DNA from: an uncultured Synergistales bacterium
GTDB taxonomy: Bacteria > Synergistota > Synergistia > Synergistales > Aminobacteriaceae
Reading direction: 5' to 3'
Length of the DNA stretch: 38,201 bases
Assembly (NCBI GenBank): GCA_937897575.1
Contig: CALCQG010000091.1
Span: 1 to 38,201, forward strand
Part shown: positions 1 through 9,530 of the stretch, piece by piece
Layout: every line of letters begins with the position of its first letter
Position numbering within the stretch: position 1 is the stretch's first letter
Notes under the pieces: generated by a model
The model's input: only the letters and a program-made list of their open reading frames with translations
Database searches by the model: none
Told to the model about the DNA's origin: nothing
Position numbers and translations under genes: made by a program

Positions 1-2
1 GG

Positions 3-584
3 GGGCGGGGGAGCCGGGTCACGGCGAGCCACACCACGGCCATGCACAACTACGGCAACGACTACGCCCTCAAGCTCATGGGCATCTTCAAGCGGGCGGG
101 GATGAACTTCATCACGAACCCCTTCGACAACTCGGTGCTCCAGAACCGGACCGACGGCTACCCCAGACGGCGGGGGCACACGAGGGTGGACGAGCTCGAC
201 GCGGCGGGGCTCACCGTGTCCATTGGGCACGACTCCATCATGGACCCGTGGTACCCAATGGGGACGGGGTCCATGCTCTCAGCGGCGAATCTGCTGCTCC
301 ACACGGCCCACATGAGCTCCCAGCACCAGATGCGCCGCCTCTTCGACATGATCACGGACAACTCCGCCCGCGTCATGAATATGGAGGACCGGTACGGCAT
401 CGAGGCGGGCAAGCCCGCCAGCTTCGTCGTCCTCGACGCCGCCGACGAGGTGGACGCCATCCGCCTCCGAAGCGAGTGCCTCTTCGTCGTCCGCCACGGG
501 CGGGTGATCTGCGAGACCGTGCCGGCGGCGCGGACCGTCGAGTGGGACGGAAAAAGGCGGGCCGTGGACTACAAGCGGAGGTAG
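3..584 (+). CDS. codA: Cytosine deaminase / amidohydrolase family, C-terminal part (gene starts upstream of the window)
   Basis: The frame is open from position 3 and reads RVTASHTTAMHNY...NP.DN..LQ.R.D.YPRRRG.TRV.EL...GHDSIMDPWYPMG...GIEAGKPASFVVLDA. This matches the E. coli CodA-type C-terminal motifs. Confidence 0.85.
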   Translation, partial: GRGSRVTASHTTAMHNYGNDYALKLMGIFKRAGMNFITNPFDNSVLQNRTDGYPRRRGHTRVDELDAAGLTVSIGHDSIMDPWYPMGTGSMLSAANLLLHTAHMSSQHQMRRLFDMITDNSARVMNMEDRYGIEAGKPASFVVLDAADEVDAIRLRSECLFVVRHGRVICETVPAARTVEWDGKRRAVDYKRR

Positions 585-655
585 AGCCACCGGAAATACC
601 GGCGCGAAGACCACGGGCCGAAGCAACCTCCGACGATCACCTCCGGGCCCATTGC

Positions 656-704
656 TCTGCACGACAACGCGCTCTCCGGACAGGAGAGCGCGTTGTCGTG
701 CAGA
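656..704. terminator. 22-bp perfect inverted repeat between convergent genes (bidirectional terminator or REP-like hairpin)
   Basis: TCTGCACGACAACGCGCTCTCC-GGACA-GGAGAGCGCGTTGTCGTGCAGA lies between the codA stop (584) and the acetamidase stop (740). Confidence 0.65.
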
Positions 705-739
705 TTGCAGCCCATGAAGCGGGCGAACGCCGGGGCAAT

Positions 740-1747
740 CTATTTGAAGATGTCCTTCGGGATCATGCCGTGAATGCCCTTGTTTCCGTCCACCACCTGG
801 GTGACCCGGAAGTCCATGGCGAGGCTGCACAGCATGTAGGCCTCCTCGCGGGACAGTCCCTTTGTCCTCGAGATGAACTCGATGGCGTCCCGTATGGCGA
901 TCTTCATCGCCTCGTTCAGATCCTTGTGGAACCCCATGACGATCCAGTGCGTCGGGGTTTCGGCCATGGGGCGCTCCAGCTTCATGTCCTTCCGGACGAC
1001 GAACTCGAGCTCCACCTCGTCGAAGGAGGTCTCGCAGGCCGTGATGCACACCTCTCCGTCCCCCTGAAGGCCGTGGGCGTCGGCGGCCATGAAGAGTCCC
1101 CCGGGCGCGTTGACGGGGACGAAGAGCGTCGTGCCCTCCACGAGCTCCTTGTTGTCCATGTTGCCCGCGAAATAGTTGGGCACTGCCGGCGGATGCACCT
1201 CACCGGGCTTCGGCGCGAGGGCCATGGTCCCCAGGAAGGGGCGGAGCGGAAGCGTTATTCCCGGCGCGAACTCCGTGGTCTTTCTGTCGGCGGAGTACCG
1301 GAGGGTTTTGAAATACCCCTTGGGGCTCGCCTCGGGGAGCCCGCCCAGCCCCATCTCGTCGGGGTAGATGTAGGCCACTCCGTACGCTCCGGGGACGATG
1401 CGCTTGATCCGGATCTCCAGGACGTCGCCCGGCTCGGCGCCGTTGACGTAGAAGGGCCCGGTGAAGGCGTAGATGCCAGCCTTCCGCTCCTGGAAGTCCT
1501 TCCTGAGGGCGAGGACATCCTCTATGGTCATGTCGGCCGACAGCTTGCCTTCGAGCAGCATCACGGTGTTGAAGATCACGGTGTCCCCGCTGTCGATCGT
1601 CAGGGCGGGCGGGATGTCGCTGCGGATGGTGCCGTTGTAGGCCTGTTCCTTCTGGATCATGAAGGTGTGCGTTTTTGCCTGGGACGGAGAGATCGCAAGA
1701 CAGAGAAGGAGAACGGTCAAGACCACCACGACGACGGATCTTTTCAT
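740..1747 (-). CDS. Acetamidase/formamidase family protein with a predicted N-terminal signal peptide
   Basis: Motifs TGPFYVNGAEPGDVLEIRI, PFLGTM, GNMDNKEL, DAHGLQGDGEVCITACE and VTQVVDGNKGIH. RBS AAGGAGG precedes the ATG at 1747. Confidence 0.88.
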   Translation of the reverse strand: MKRSVVVVVLTVLLLCLAISPSQAKTHTFMIQKEQAYNGTIRSDIPPALTIDSGDTVIFNTVMLLEGKLSADMTIEDVLALRKDFQERKAGIYAFTGPFYVNGAEPGDVLEIRIKRIVPGAYGVAYIYPDEMGLGGLPEASPKGYFKTLRYSADRKTTEFAPGITLPLRPFLGTMALAPKPGEVHPPAVPNYFAGNMDNKELVEGTTLFVPVNAPGGLFMAADAHGLQGDGEVCITACETSFDEVELEFVVRKDMKLERPMAETPTHWIVMGFHKDLNEAMKIAIRDAIEFISRTKGLSREEAYMLCSLAMDFRVTQVVDGNKGIHGMIPKDIFK

Positions 1748-1906
1748 AGCGCATTCCTCCTTAGGCAAAGAATATAGCATGCAATCTGCACGAAATCACA
1801 ATAGCACGGGCGTTATTGTCGGTCAAGTCAAAAAACGAAGGGTTCCAGATAAGGGCGGCAGGGTGGTATCATCAAAAAAAGGACGAATCGCCGAAGGAGG
1901 AGGTTC

Positions 1907-2755
1907 ATGAGAATGCGCTTTCTCGGATATCTGGCGGCGGGGTACGCTCTGCTCGTGGTATTCGCGTTCCTCTTCACCGACCGGCTGACCTTCTTCCCGT
2001 CGCGGACGCTCCGCGCATGTCCCCTCGACAGGGGGCTCGAGTACGAGGACGTCTTCTTCCGCGCCGAGGACGGCACGGCGCTCCACGGGTGGTTTGTCCC
2101 CGGAGAGGCGGACGGAACGATCCTCATGTGCCACGGCAACGCGGGGAACGTCTCTCACCGGCTCGACTGGCTGGAGATCTTCCACGGCCTCGGGCTGTCC
2201 GTCTTCGTCTTCGACTACCGGGGGTACGGGCGGAGCGAAGGGCGCCCCACCAGGGAGGGCGTCCTCAGCGATGCTGCGGGAGCCTGGCGGTATGTCACCG
2301 AAGAGCGGGGAGTGGCAGCGGACCGGATTGTGCTCCACGGGCACTCCCTCGGCGGGGCGGTGGCGGCGTGGGCCGGGGAGCGGTTCACCCCGGCGGGGCT
2401 GATCCTCGAGGGGGCATTCACGACCCTCGCCGACGCGGGGAGAAAGTTCTTCTTCTATCTGCCCGTCCGACTCATCGTGGGCGACGCCTTCGACACCCTC
2501 GGCCACCTGGCTCGCCTGTCGTGCCCCGTGCTTGTGGCCTCGAGCCCCGACGACGAGATCATTCCGGGGGAGCAGGGGAAGATCCTCTTCGAAGCCGCCC
2601 GGGAGCCCAAGCGGTTTCTCCCGATGACGGGGGACCACAACCTGGCATTCCTGCACACCGGACAGGCCTATGTGGACGGAGTGAGGGCCTTCTTCGCCCG
2701 CGTCCTTCCATCGAATGGGCAGGACATGTTTCCCGTGAAACGACGGGAGGAGTAA
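1907..2755 (+). CDS. Alpha/beta hydrolase (ABHD13/YfhR-like) with N-terminal membrane anchor
   Basis: Motifs HGNAGN, FDYRGYGRSEG, nucleophile elbow GHSLGGA, DEIIP and GDHN. RBS AGGAGG. Confidence 0.88.
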   Translation: MRMRFLGYLAAGYALLVVFAFLFTDRLTFFPSRTLRACPLDRGLEYEDVFFRAEDGTALHGWFVPGEADGTILMCHGNAGNVSHRLDWLEIFHGLGLSVFVFDYRGYGRSEGRPTREGVLSDAAGAWRYVTEERGVAADRIVLHGHSLGGAVAAWAGERFTPAGLILEGAFTTLADAGRKFFFYLPVRLIVGDAFDTLGHLARLSCPVLVASSPDDEIIPGEQGKILFEAAREPKRFLPMTGDHNLAFLHTGQAYVDGVRAFFARVLPSNGQDMFPVKRREE

Positions 2756-2951
2756 TCCCAGAGCGGGCTGACGCAGCGGTTGTCCGACGATCGGAAGGCC
2801 GACGACGACAGGAGGTGCGGTGCTCCGGGAGCGGGCCTCGTCCCGTCCAATCGGGGCATGTTTTGTATACGGTTGTATCGTGCAGGGTATATTCTTTCCC
2901 CTCCTTTGGAGTATGATAGAGGCGAGAGAGCGGAGGAGGCGACGTGCGGCG

Positions 2952-3737
2952 ATGGAATTTCTGGAGTCCTTCACGGGGCTGACGTTGCCTTGGTGGGGTT
3001 GGGCGATCGTTCTGCTGTCCGGGGCGGGGGTGGGCATCGCGAAGGCGGCGCTGCCGGGGAGCGGCATCCTCGTGACGGCCCTCATGGTCATGGCGCTTCC
3101 GGCTCGGATGGGCGTGGCCGCCATGCTCCCCATGATGCTTGTCGGGAGCGTGGTTTCAGTGAAGAAGTACTGGCGGTTCACCGACAGGAAGCAGCTGACG
3201 GTGCTTGTCTCCTCGGCGCTTCTCGGGCTGGGAGCCGGCTATCTCATCCTTCGCAACACCAGCAACGAACAGCTGAAACCCGTCATCGGCGTCATGATCC
3301 TCCTGATGCTCGCCTTTCAGCAGGGGAACGAATACCTCAGGAGAAGACGGGGCGCCGGATCCGCCGGAGAGTCGGGACAGTCCGTTGCTCCGGCGCTCAC
3401 CATGGTCTTCGGAGCCCTGGCGGGCATGGGCACGGGCATGGCCAACGCGGGAAGCCCCATCATCAGCCTGTATCTTCTCATGGCGGGCCTGCCGAAGCTC
3501 CCCTTCCTGGGGACGTCCACCGCGTTCTTCTTCGTCATGGACTTCCTGAAGATCCCCATGTACCTGAGCCTGGGAATGCTCACCGGACAGGTCCTGAGAG
3601 TGAGCCTGCTGACCCTGCCCTCCCTGATTCCCGGGATGTGGCTTGCCTTCTGGATGGCGGGGAGGATCCCCCAGGGGGTCTTCGTGCGCCTGATCCAGGT
3701 GTTGACGGCCGTCGCGGCGATCAAGCTGCTGATGTGA
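2952..3737 (+). CDS. TauE/SafE (TSUP) family membrane exporter, paralog 1
   Basis: Highly hydrophobic, with G..K...PG.G and G..TGMANAGSP motifs and F.GT...FFF....KIP. RBS GGAGG precedes the ATG at 2952. Confidence 0.8.
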   Translation: MEFLESFTGLTLPWWGWAIVLLSGAGVGIAKAALPGSGILVTALMVMALPARMGVAAMLPMMLVGSVVSVKKYWRFTDRKQLTVLVSSALLGLGAGYLILRNTSNEQLKPVIGVMILLMLAFQQGNEYLRRRRGAGSAGESGQSVAPALTMVFGALAGMGTGMANAGSPIISLYLLMAGLPKLPFLGTSTAFFFVMDFLKIPMYLSLGMLTGQVLRVSLLTLPSLIPGMWLAFWMAGRIPQGVFVRLIQVLTAVAAIKLLM

Positions 3738-3788
3738 CGGAGGAAAGCACGCAGAACCCGTACTGTTCGAAAGGGTGTCGATCTTCTG

Positions 3789-4571
3789 ATGGAGTTCCTG
3801 GAGTCCTTCACGGGGCTCCACCTGCCTTGGTGGGGCTGGAGCGTTGTGTTGCTGTCGGGCGCGGGGGTGGCCTTCGGGAAGGCCGCGGTGCCTGGCAGCG
3901 GCATTCTGATCGTGACGCTTCTCGCCACGGTCCTGCCGTCGCGCATGTCCACGGCGGTCATGGTTCCTCTCGTGATCGCGGGCGATTTTTTCGCCGCAAA
4001 GGAGTACTGGCGGTACGCCGACAGGAGGGAGCTCGCCGTGCTCGTCCCGTCGGGGCTGCTCGGCCTCGGCGTAGGGTACCTCATTCTCCGGTGTACGACG
4101 GACGCGCAGCTCAAGCCGATGATCGGATGGCTCGTCCTCGTCATGCTCGCTATCCAGCAGATCACGGCTTTCCTGGCAAAACGGGGCGGACGGAATAAGA
4201 GAACGGAGGGGCCGAGGGAAAATCCCTGGATCATATCGGCCTTCGGAGTTCTCGCCGGGACGGCCACGGGGATGGCCAACGCGTCGGGCCCCATATTGGG
4301 GATGTATCTTCTCTGGTCTCGCAGGGAGAAATTACCGTACCTCGGGGTGACGGCCTGCCTGTACGTTCTGCTGGACCTCCTGAAGATCCCCATGCACCTG
4401 AGCCTCGGGACCCTGACGGTCCAGAGCCTCAAGGTCGGCCTCGTGGCGCTGCCGTCGCTCTTTCCTGGCCTGCTGCTCTCCTTCTGGGTTGTGCGGCGGT
4501 TCTCCCAGGACTCGTTCAGAAAGGCCGTTCTGTTCTTCACACTCTTGGCGACGATGAACCTGCTGCTGTGA
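3789..4571 (+). CDS. TauE/SafE family membrane exporter, paralog 2
   Basis: Same motifs as paralog 1, and an almost identical N-terminus (MEFLESFTGL.LPWWGW). Confidence 0.8.
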   Translation: MEFLESFTGLHLPWWGWSVVLLSGAGVAFGKAAVPGSGILIVTLLATVLPSRMSTAVMVPLVIAGDFFAAKEYWRYADRRELAVLVPSGLLGLGVGYLILRCTTDAQLKPMIGWLVLVMLAIQQITAFLAKRGGRNKRTEGPRENPWIISAFGVLAGTATGMANASGPILGMYLLWSRREKLPYLGVTACLYVLLDLLKIPMHLSLGTLTVQSLKVGLVALPSLFPGLLLSFWVVRRFSQDSFRKAVLFFTLLATMNLLL

Positions 4572-4646
4572 CGGTGAGAACCCGAGTGCAGGGTGGATTG
4601 GCGGCAGTCCGCGGAAAAACAATAGGTAAGGAGGGCGAGCGGCGGA

Positions 4647-5420
4647 ATGGACTTTCTTCAGACCTTCACCGGAGTTGACCTCTCTCTCGCGGCGTGGGGG
4701 CTGCTCTTCCTCGTCGGACTGAACGTTGGCATCATGAAGACGGCCATTCCGGGCGTAGGAATCCTCAACGTGACCGTCCTGGCTCTGGTCCTGCCATCCA
4801 GGCTCTCCGTGGGCGTTCTGCTCCCCATCGTGATGATCGGCGACCTCTTCGCCATGGGGAAGTTCCGCGGCAACGCGAACAGGAAGGTGCTGTTCGCCCT
4901 CATGCCCTCGGCGCTCCTCGGCCTGGGCGCAGGGTACCTGATCCTGAAGCATGCGAGCGACGACCATCTCAAACTGCTTATCGGCTGGGTCGTGCTGGTC
5001 CTGCTCCTGTTCTACGTCGTCGTGGAGGTCCTCGAGAGGCGAAAGACCGTCCGGACGGAGCGGAGGGACTCCATCGTCCTGGCCGCCGTCTTCGGCTTCC
5101 TGGTCGGCGCGGCCTCGGGGATGGCCAACGCCGCCGGGCCGGTGATGAGCGTCTATCTCCTGCTCATCGGCGTGCCCAAGCTCGAGTTCATCGGGACGAA
5201 CGCCTGGTTCTTCTTCGTGGTGAACCTGCTCAAGCTCCCCATGTACCTGAGCCTGGGGCTGATCAACGGCGGGACACTCCGGCTCAGCGCGGCGGCAATC
5301 CCCGGCATCGTGATCGGCGCCCTGCTGGGGTACAGGATCGTCCGCCATATCCCGCAGAAGACCTTCAACCGGATCATCCTGGCGGTGACGTTTTTCACGG
5401 CCCTTCGGCTCGTGCTGTAG
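4647..5420 (+). CDS. TauE/SafE family membrane exporter, paralog 3
   Basis: Motifs KTAIPGVG, GD.FA, GMANAAGPVMSVYLL and EFIGTNAWFFFVVNLLKLP. RBS AAGGAGG. Confidence 0.82.
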   Translation: MDFLQTFTGVDLSLAAWGLLFLVGLNVGIMKTAIPGVGILNVTVLALVLPSRLSVGVLLPIVMIGDLFAMGKFRGNANRKVLFALMPSALLGLGAGYLILKHASDDHLKLLIGWVVLVLLLFYVVVEVLERRKTVRTERRDSIVLAAVFGFLVGAASGMANAAGPVMSVYLLLIGVPKLEFIGTNAWFFFVVNLLKLPMYLSLGLINGGTLRLSAAAIPGIVIGALLGYRIVRHIPQKTFNRIILAVTFFTALRLVL

Positions 5421-5633
5421 CTCCGGCCGCCGCTTCCGGGGAGGCGGCCGCGAGGTCCACCCCGGGCCGGTCATTGTTGTGCATGCTGTTCGAGGTCGAC
5501 ACACGGTCCGCTCAACCGGGGGGCGGGACGAAATATAATGCAGAAAATATTATGGGGCGGAAAGGAGGGCCGTAGCTTATAATACGGAGCGGACGGGGGA
5601 ACAGTATCTTACTATTCTCTGGAGGTGGCACGC

Positions 5634-6869
5634 ATGACGGAAATGGGCAAAGAACAGATGCGCAGCAAGAAGGAGACGTGGAGCGTCCTCATGGGGGCGG
5701 CGTTTCTCATGGCGACATCGGCCATAGGACCCGGGTTCCTGACCCAGACGGTGACCTTCACGAACCAGCTGAAGGCGGCGTTCTCTTTTGCTATCATCCT
5801 CTCCATACTCATCGACATTGTGGTGCAGCTGAACATCTGGCGGATCCTCGGCGTCTCCGGCATGAGGGGGCAGGACGTGGCCAACAAAGTCCTTCCCGGT
5901 CTCGGGTATCTGCTTGCCTTCGCCGTGGCCCTGGGAGGCCTGGCCTTCAACGTGGGGAACGTGGGCGGCGCGGCCCTGGGCTTCCAGGTCCTCTTCGGAA
6001 TGAGCCAGACGACGGGGGCGATCATCAGTGCGGCCATCGCCATCGTCATCTTCCTGAGCAAGGACCTCGGCAAGGCCATGGACAAGTTCACCCAGGTCCT
6101 CGGATTCCTCATGCTCGCCCTGGTGTTCTACATCGTGTTCGTCACGAAGCCGCCCTTCGGCGAGACGGTGAAGGAGATGGTCCGGCCTCTGGGGAACTTT
6201 GAGGTGCTCAAGGCCTATCCCTGGCTTGTGGTGCTCACCCTCGTGGGCGGCACGGTGGGCGGCTACATCACCTTCTCCGGCGCGCACCGGATCATCGACG
6301 CCGGGATCACCGGGCAGGAGAACATCGGTCAGATCAGCAAGGGTGCCGTGAACGGCATCTCCATCACCGGCGTCATGCGCTATCTGCTCTTCCTCGCCTT
6401 CCTCGGCGTGGTCCTCATGGGCCAGCAGATCGACATGGGGAACCCTGTGGCGTCGGCCTTCAAGATCGCCGCAGGACAGATCGGGTACATCTTCGCGGGG
6501 GTCGTCCTCTGGGCGGCGGCCATCACGTCGGTGGTGGGAGCGTCCTACACCTCCGTCTCGTTCCTCAAGACGCTCTTCGGCGTGGTGGGGAGAAACGAAC
6601 GGTACTGGATCATCGGGTTCATCATCGCCTCCACGGCCATCCTCACCTTCATCGGCCGGCCGGTCCGGCTGCTCATCGTGGCTGGGTCCCTGAACGGGCT
6701 CATCCTGCCCCTCTCGTTGACCTGCGTGCTGCTGGCGGCCTACCGGAAGGACATCGTGAAGGAGTACCGGCACCCCATGTGGATGACGCTCCTCGGATGG
6801 GTCATCGTGGTCTTCACGGCGTGGATGGGCTTCAACTCCTTCAAGGGCATTCTGGCGCTCTTCAAATAG
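5634..6869 (+). CDS. ycsG: NRAMP-like transporter YcsG (putative 5-oxoproline transporter)
   Basis: Motifs GAAFLMATSAIGPGFLTQT, GGLAFNVGNVGG and GGTVGGYITFSGAHR. First gene of the pxp cluster. RBS GGAGGT lies 7 nt before the ATG at 5634. Confidence 0.85.
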   Translation: MTEMGKEQMRSKKETWSVLMGAAFLMATSAIGPGFLTQTVTFTNQLKAAFSFAIILSILIDIVVQLNIWRILGVSGMRGQDVANKVLPGLGYLLAFAVALGGLAFNVGNVGGAALGFQVLFGMSQTTGAIISAAIAIVIFLSKDLGKAMDKFTQVLGFLMLALVFYIVFVTKPPFGETVKEMVRPLGNFEVLKAYPWLVVLTLVGGTVGGYITFSGAHRIIDAGITGQENIGQISKGAVNGISITGVMRYLLFLAFLGVVLMGQQIDMGNPVASAFKIAAGQIGYIFAGVVLWAAAITSVVGASYTSVSFLKTLFGVVGRNERYWIIGFIIASTAILTFIGRPVRLLIVAGSLNGLILPLSLTCVLLAAYRKDIVKEYRHPMWMTLLGWVIVVFTAWMGFNSFKGILALFK

Positions 6870-6908
6870 GCGTTCGGCTCCTCAAAAATGGCAGGAGGTG
6901 ATCGCGGC

Positions 6909-7655
6909 GTGAGCGACACGACATATCCGCGCATCCTGACCGCGGGGGACGGCTGCGTGGTGGTGGAGTTCGGCGACACCATCGACATGGCCGTGAACGG
7001 CCGGGTGGCGTCCCTTGCGGCGGCGATTCGGAAAACCCCCTTTGTCGGTCTGCGGGATTTGGTCCCCACGTACCGGTCTTTGGCGGTGTACTTCGACCCG
7101 GAGACGACAAACGTGGAAAAGACATACGCCAGACTCGAGGCGCTGAGCCGCGACGCCGGCGAGGGTCAGGCGGGCGGGGCGAAGCGGACCATCGTGGTCC
7201 CGACGCTGTACGGCGGGGAGTTCGGCCCCGATATGGGGGACGTGGCGGAGCACACGAAGCTCTCCGAGGACGAGGTGATCCGCCGTCATACGGAAAGAGA
7301 CTGCTACTGCTACATGCTGGGCTTCACCCCCGGGTATTCCTACCTTGGCGGGATGGACCCGGCCCTGGAGGTCCCGAGGCTGAAGAACCCAAGGGAGATC
7401 ATCCCGGCGGGGTCCGTGGCCATCGGCGGCAAGCAGACTGGGATCTACTCCATAGCGAGTCCGGGGGGGTGGCGCCTTATCGGGCGGACCCCCATGCGCA
7501 TGTTCGACCCCGGGAGGGACCCCGCCATCATCCTCGAGGCGGGCATGTGGGTGCGGTTCCGGCCCATCGGGCAGGCGGAGTTCGACGAGATAGAGGCCGA
7601 AGGGGCGAAGGGCGCCTATCGCCCGGAGATTCTGGAAGAGGAGGTGACGGCATGA
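6909..7655 (+). CDS. pxpB: 5-oxoprolinase subunit B (KipI family)
   Basis: Motifs VPTYRSL, YGGEFGPD, MLGFTPGYSYLGG, GSVAIGGKQTGIY and SPGGWRLIGRTP. GTG start after AGGAGGT. Confidence 0.9.
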   Translation: MSDTTYPRILTAGDGCVVVEFGDTIDMAVNGRVASLAAAIRKTPFVGLRDLVPTYRSLAVYFDPETTNVEKTYARLEALSRDAGEGQAGGAKRTIVVPTLYGGEFGPDMGDVAEHTKLSEDEVIRRHTERDCYCYMLGFTPGYSYLGGMDPALEVPRLKNPREIIPAGSVAIGGKQTGIYSIASPGGWRLIGRTPMRMFDPGRDPAIILEAGMWVRFRPIGQAEFDEIEAEGAKGAYRPEILEEEVTA

Positions 7656-8734
7656 GCGCCCTCGTATTTTCCGTGTCGTCGCCGGGGATGCTCACCACGG
7701 TCCAGGACGGTGGGCGGTGGGGGTTCCAGGGCAAGGGGATGCCCGTGGCGGGCGCCATGGACATGCAGTCCCTGAAGTTGGGGAACATCCTCGTGGGGAA
7801 CGCCCAGGAGGATGCGGCCCTGGAGGTGACGATCCTGGGGCCGACCCTTCGGGGCGAAGGGGAGGGCGTGGTGGCCGTCACGGGCGCGGAACTCTCCTTC
7901 ACGGTGAACGGGGCGGCTGTTCCGAACTGGACGGTGGTCCGCGTCGGAGTGGGAGACGTCCTCGCCTTCGGCGCGCCCCTGACGGGGTGCAGGGCGTACC
8001 TCTGCGCCTCGGGCGGCATCGACGTCCCCGTGGTCATGGGCAGCCGGTCCACCTACACGCGGGCGAAGGTCGGAGGCCTCGAGGGCCGGGCGCTGAAAAA
8101 AGGCGACACGGTGCGCTGCGGCGCGCCCGGGGCGCTCTGGAGGCAGTGCGAGGGATTTGCCTGTCCCGGAGAGCTTCGGTCGGTCTACGACCCCGAGGCT
8201 CCTCTCCGGGTGATCCCGGGGCCTCAGGACGACTGTTTTACGGAGGCGGGCAAGGAGACCTTCTACGGTTCAGAGTATGTCGTGTCCAACAGTGCGGACC
8301 GGATGGGGTACCGCCTCGACGGTCCCGTCATCGAACATGTCGGCGCCGCGGATATCATCTCCGACGCCATCCCCCTCGGGGCCGTGCAGGTCCCGGGACA
8401 CGGACAGCCCATCGTCATGCTGGCCGACCGTCAGACCACGGGGGGCTACACGAAGATCGGCACCGTCTGTTCGGTGGACATTGCGGCCCTCTCCCAGCGG
8501 CTTCCGGGGCAGAAGGTGCGCTTCGAGACGATCGACCTCGATGGCGCCGTCGCGCTCGTCCGGAATGAGGGCAAGAAGCGGGAGGAACTCCTTCGGCTCA
8601 GGGCGCGGTGGCGGTCCGTCCGCGATGACGGGCTCTGCCGTTCCGTCCGGGGCGGTACGCCGACGAAGGGGGAATTCCTTCTCGGGGTGGATGGCGCGAA
8701 CCATCGGATCTCCTGGGAAGAGGTGCACGAATAA
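7652..8734 (+). CDS. pxpC: 5-oxoprolinase subunit C (KipA family)
   Basis: Motifs TTVQDGGR.G, GAMD, GSRST, DRMGYRL, GAVQVPGHGQPIVMLADRQTTGGYTKI. ATGA overlap with pxpB. Confidence 0.9.
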   Translation: MSALVFSVSSPGMLTTVQDGGRWGFQGKGMPVAGAMDMQSLKLGNILVGNAQEDAALEVTILGPTLRGEGEGVVAVTGAELSFTVNGAAVPNWTVVRVGVGDVLAFGAPLTGCRAYLCASGGIDVPVVMGSRSTYTRAKVGGLEGRALKKGDTVRCGAPGALWRQCEGFACPGELRSVYDPEAPLRVIPGPQDDCFTEAGKETFYGSEYVVSNSADRMGYRLDGPVIEHVGAADIISDAIPLGAVQVPGHGQPIVMLADRQTTGGYTKIGTVCSVDIAALSQRLPGQKVRFETIDLDGAVALVRNEGKKREELLRLRARWRSVRDDGLCRSVRGGTPTKGEFLLGVDGANHRISWEEVHE

Positions 8735-8750
8735 GGAGGCGATAGGTACG

Positions 8751-9530
8751 ATGGGTAAACATCTGATCGACCTGAACAGCGATCTCGGCGAAAGTTTCGG
8801 CGCGTGGAAGATGGGCATGGACAGCGACGTCATGAAGAGCGTCTGTTCGGCGAACGTGGCCTGCGGCTTTCACGCCGGGGACGCGCTGGTGATGGTGGAG
8901 ACCGTGAAGGCGGCCAAGCAGAACGGGGTCGCCGTGGGAGCCCACCCGGGGCACCCCGACCTTCAGGGTTTCGGCCGCCGAACCATGGCCTGCACGCCGG
9001 ACGAGGTCTACGCCTATACGCTCTACCAGATAGGGGCCCTTCAGGCGGTCTGCGCCGCCCAGGGGGTCCGGATGGAGCACGTGAAGGCCCATGGGGCCCT
9101 GTACAACCAGGCCGCCAAGGACCTCGCCATGGCGAAAGCCATCGCCCAGGCGACGAAGGACGCCGGAGGCGACCTGATCCTCCTCGGGCTGGCCAACTCG
9201 CTCTTCGAGCAGGCGGCCGCCGAGGTGGGCGTCCCCTACGCCGCCGAGGCCTTTGCCGACCGGGGGTACATGAACGACGGTTCCCTGGTCCCGAGGAGCA
9301 AGCCGGGGGCCTTCATCCACGACCTCGCCGAGGCGGGGCGGCGGATGGTCCGCCTTGTCAAGGAGGGCGTCGTCGAGTCCGCCGAGGGGAAGGAGATCCA
9401 TCTGAAGGTGCACTCCATCTGCATGCACGGGGACAATCCGGCGGCGGTGGAGATGGCCCGGTCCATCCGCAAGACGCTCGAGGAGAACGGCGTCATGATC
9501 GCGACCATGAGGGAGGTGCTGAAGGGATGA
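8751..9530 (+). CDS. pxpA: 5-oxoprolinase subunit A (LamB/YcsF family)
   Basis: Motifs IDLNSDLGESFG, ANVACGFHAGD, GAHPG.PDLQGFGRR, HVKAHGALYN, EAFADRGY and SICMHGD. Confidence 0.92.
   Translation: MGKHLIDLNSDLGESFGAWKMGMDSDVMKSVCSANVACGFHAGDALVMVETVKAAKQNGVAVGAHPGHPDLQGFGRRTMACTPDEVYAYTLYQIGALQAVCAAQGVRMEHVKAHGALYNQAAKDLAMAKAIAQATKDAGGDLILLGLANSLFEQAAAEVGVPYAAEAFADRGYMNDGSLVPRSKPGAFIHDLAEAGRRMVRLVKEGVVESAEGKEIHLKVHSICMHGDNPAAVEMARSIRKTLEENGVMIATMREVLKG

Noticed and set aside
248..1777. Long + strand ORF (509 aa) and many similar long overlapping or antisense ORFs (e.g. 5577-6773, 10329-12110, 35941-37992)
   Set aside because: These are shadow ORFs expected in high-GC DNA. They overlap well-supported genes, are rich in Arg/Gly/Pro or His/Asp/Glu, and carry no motifs.
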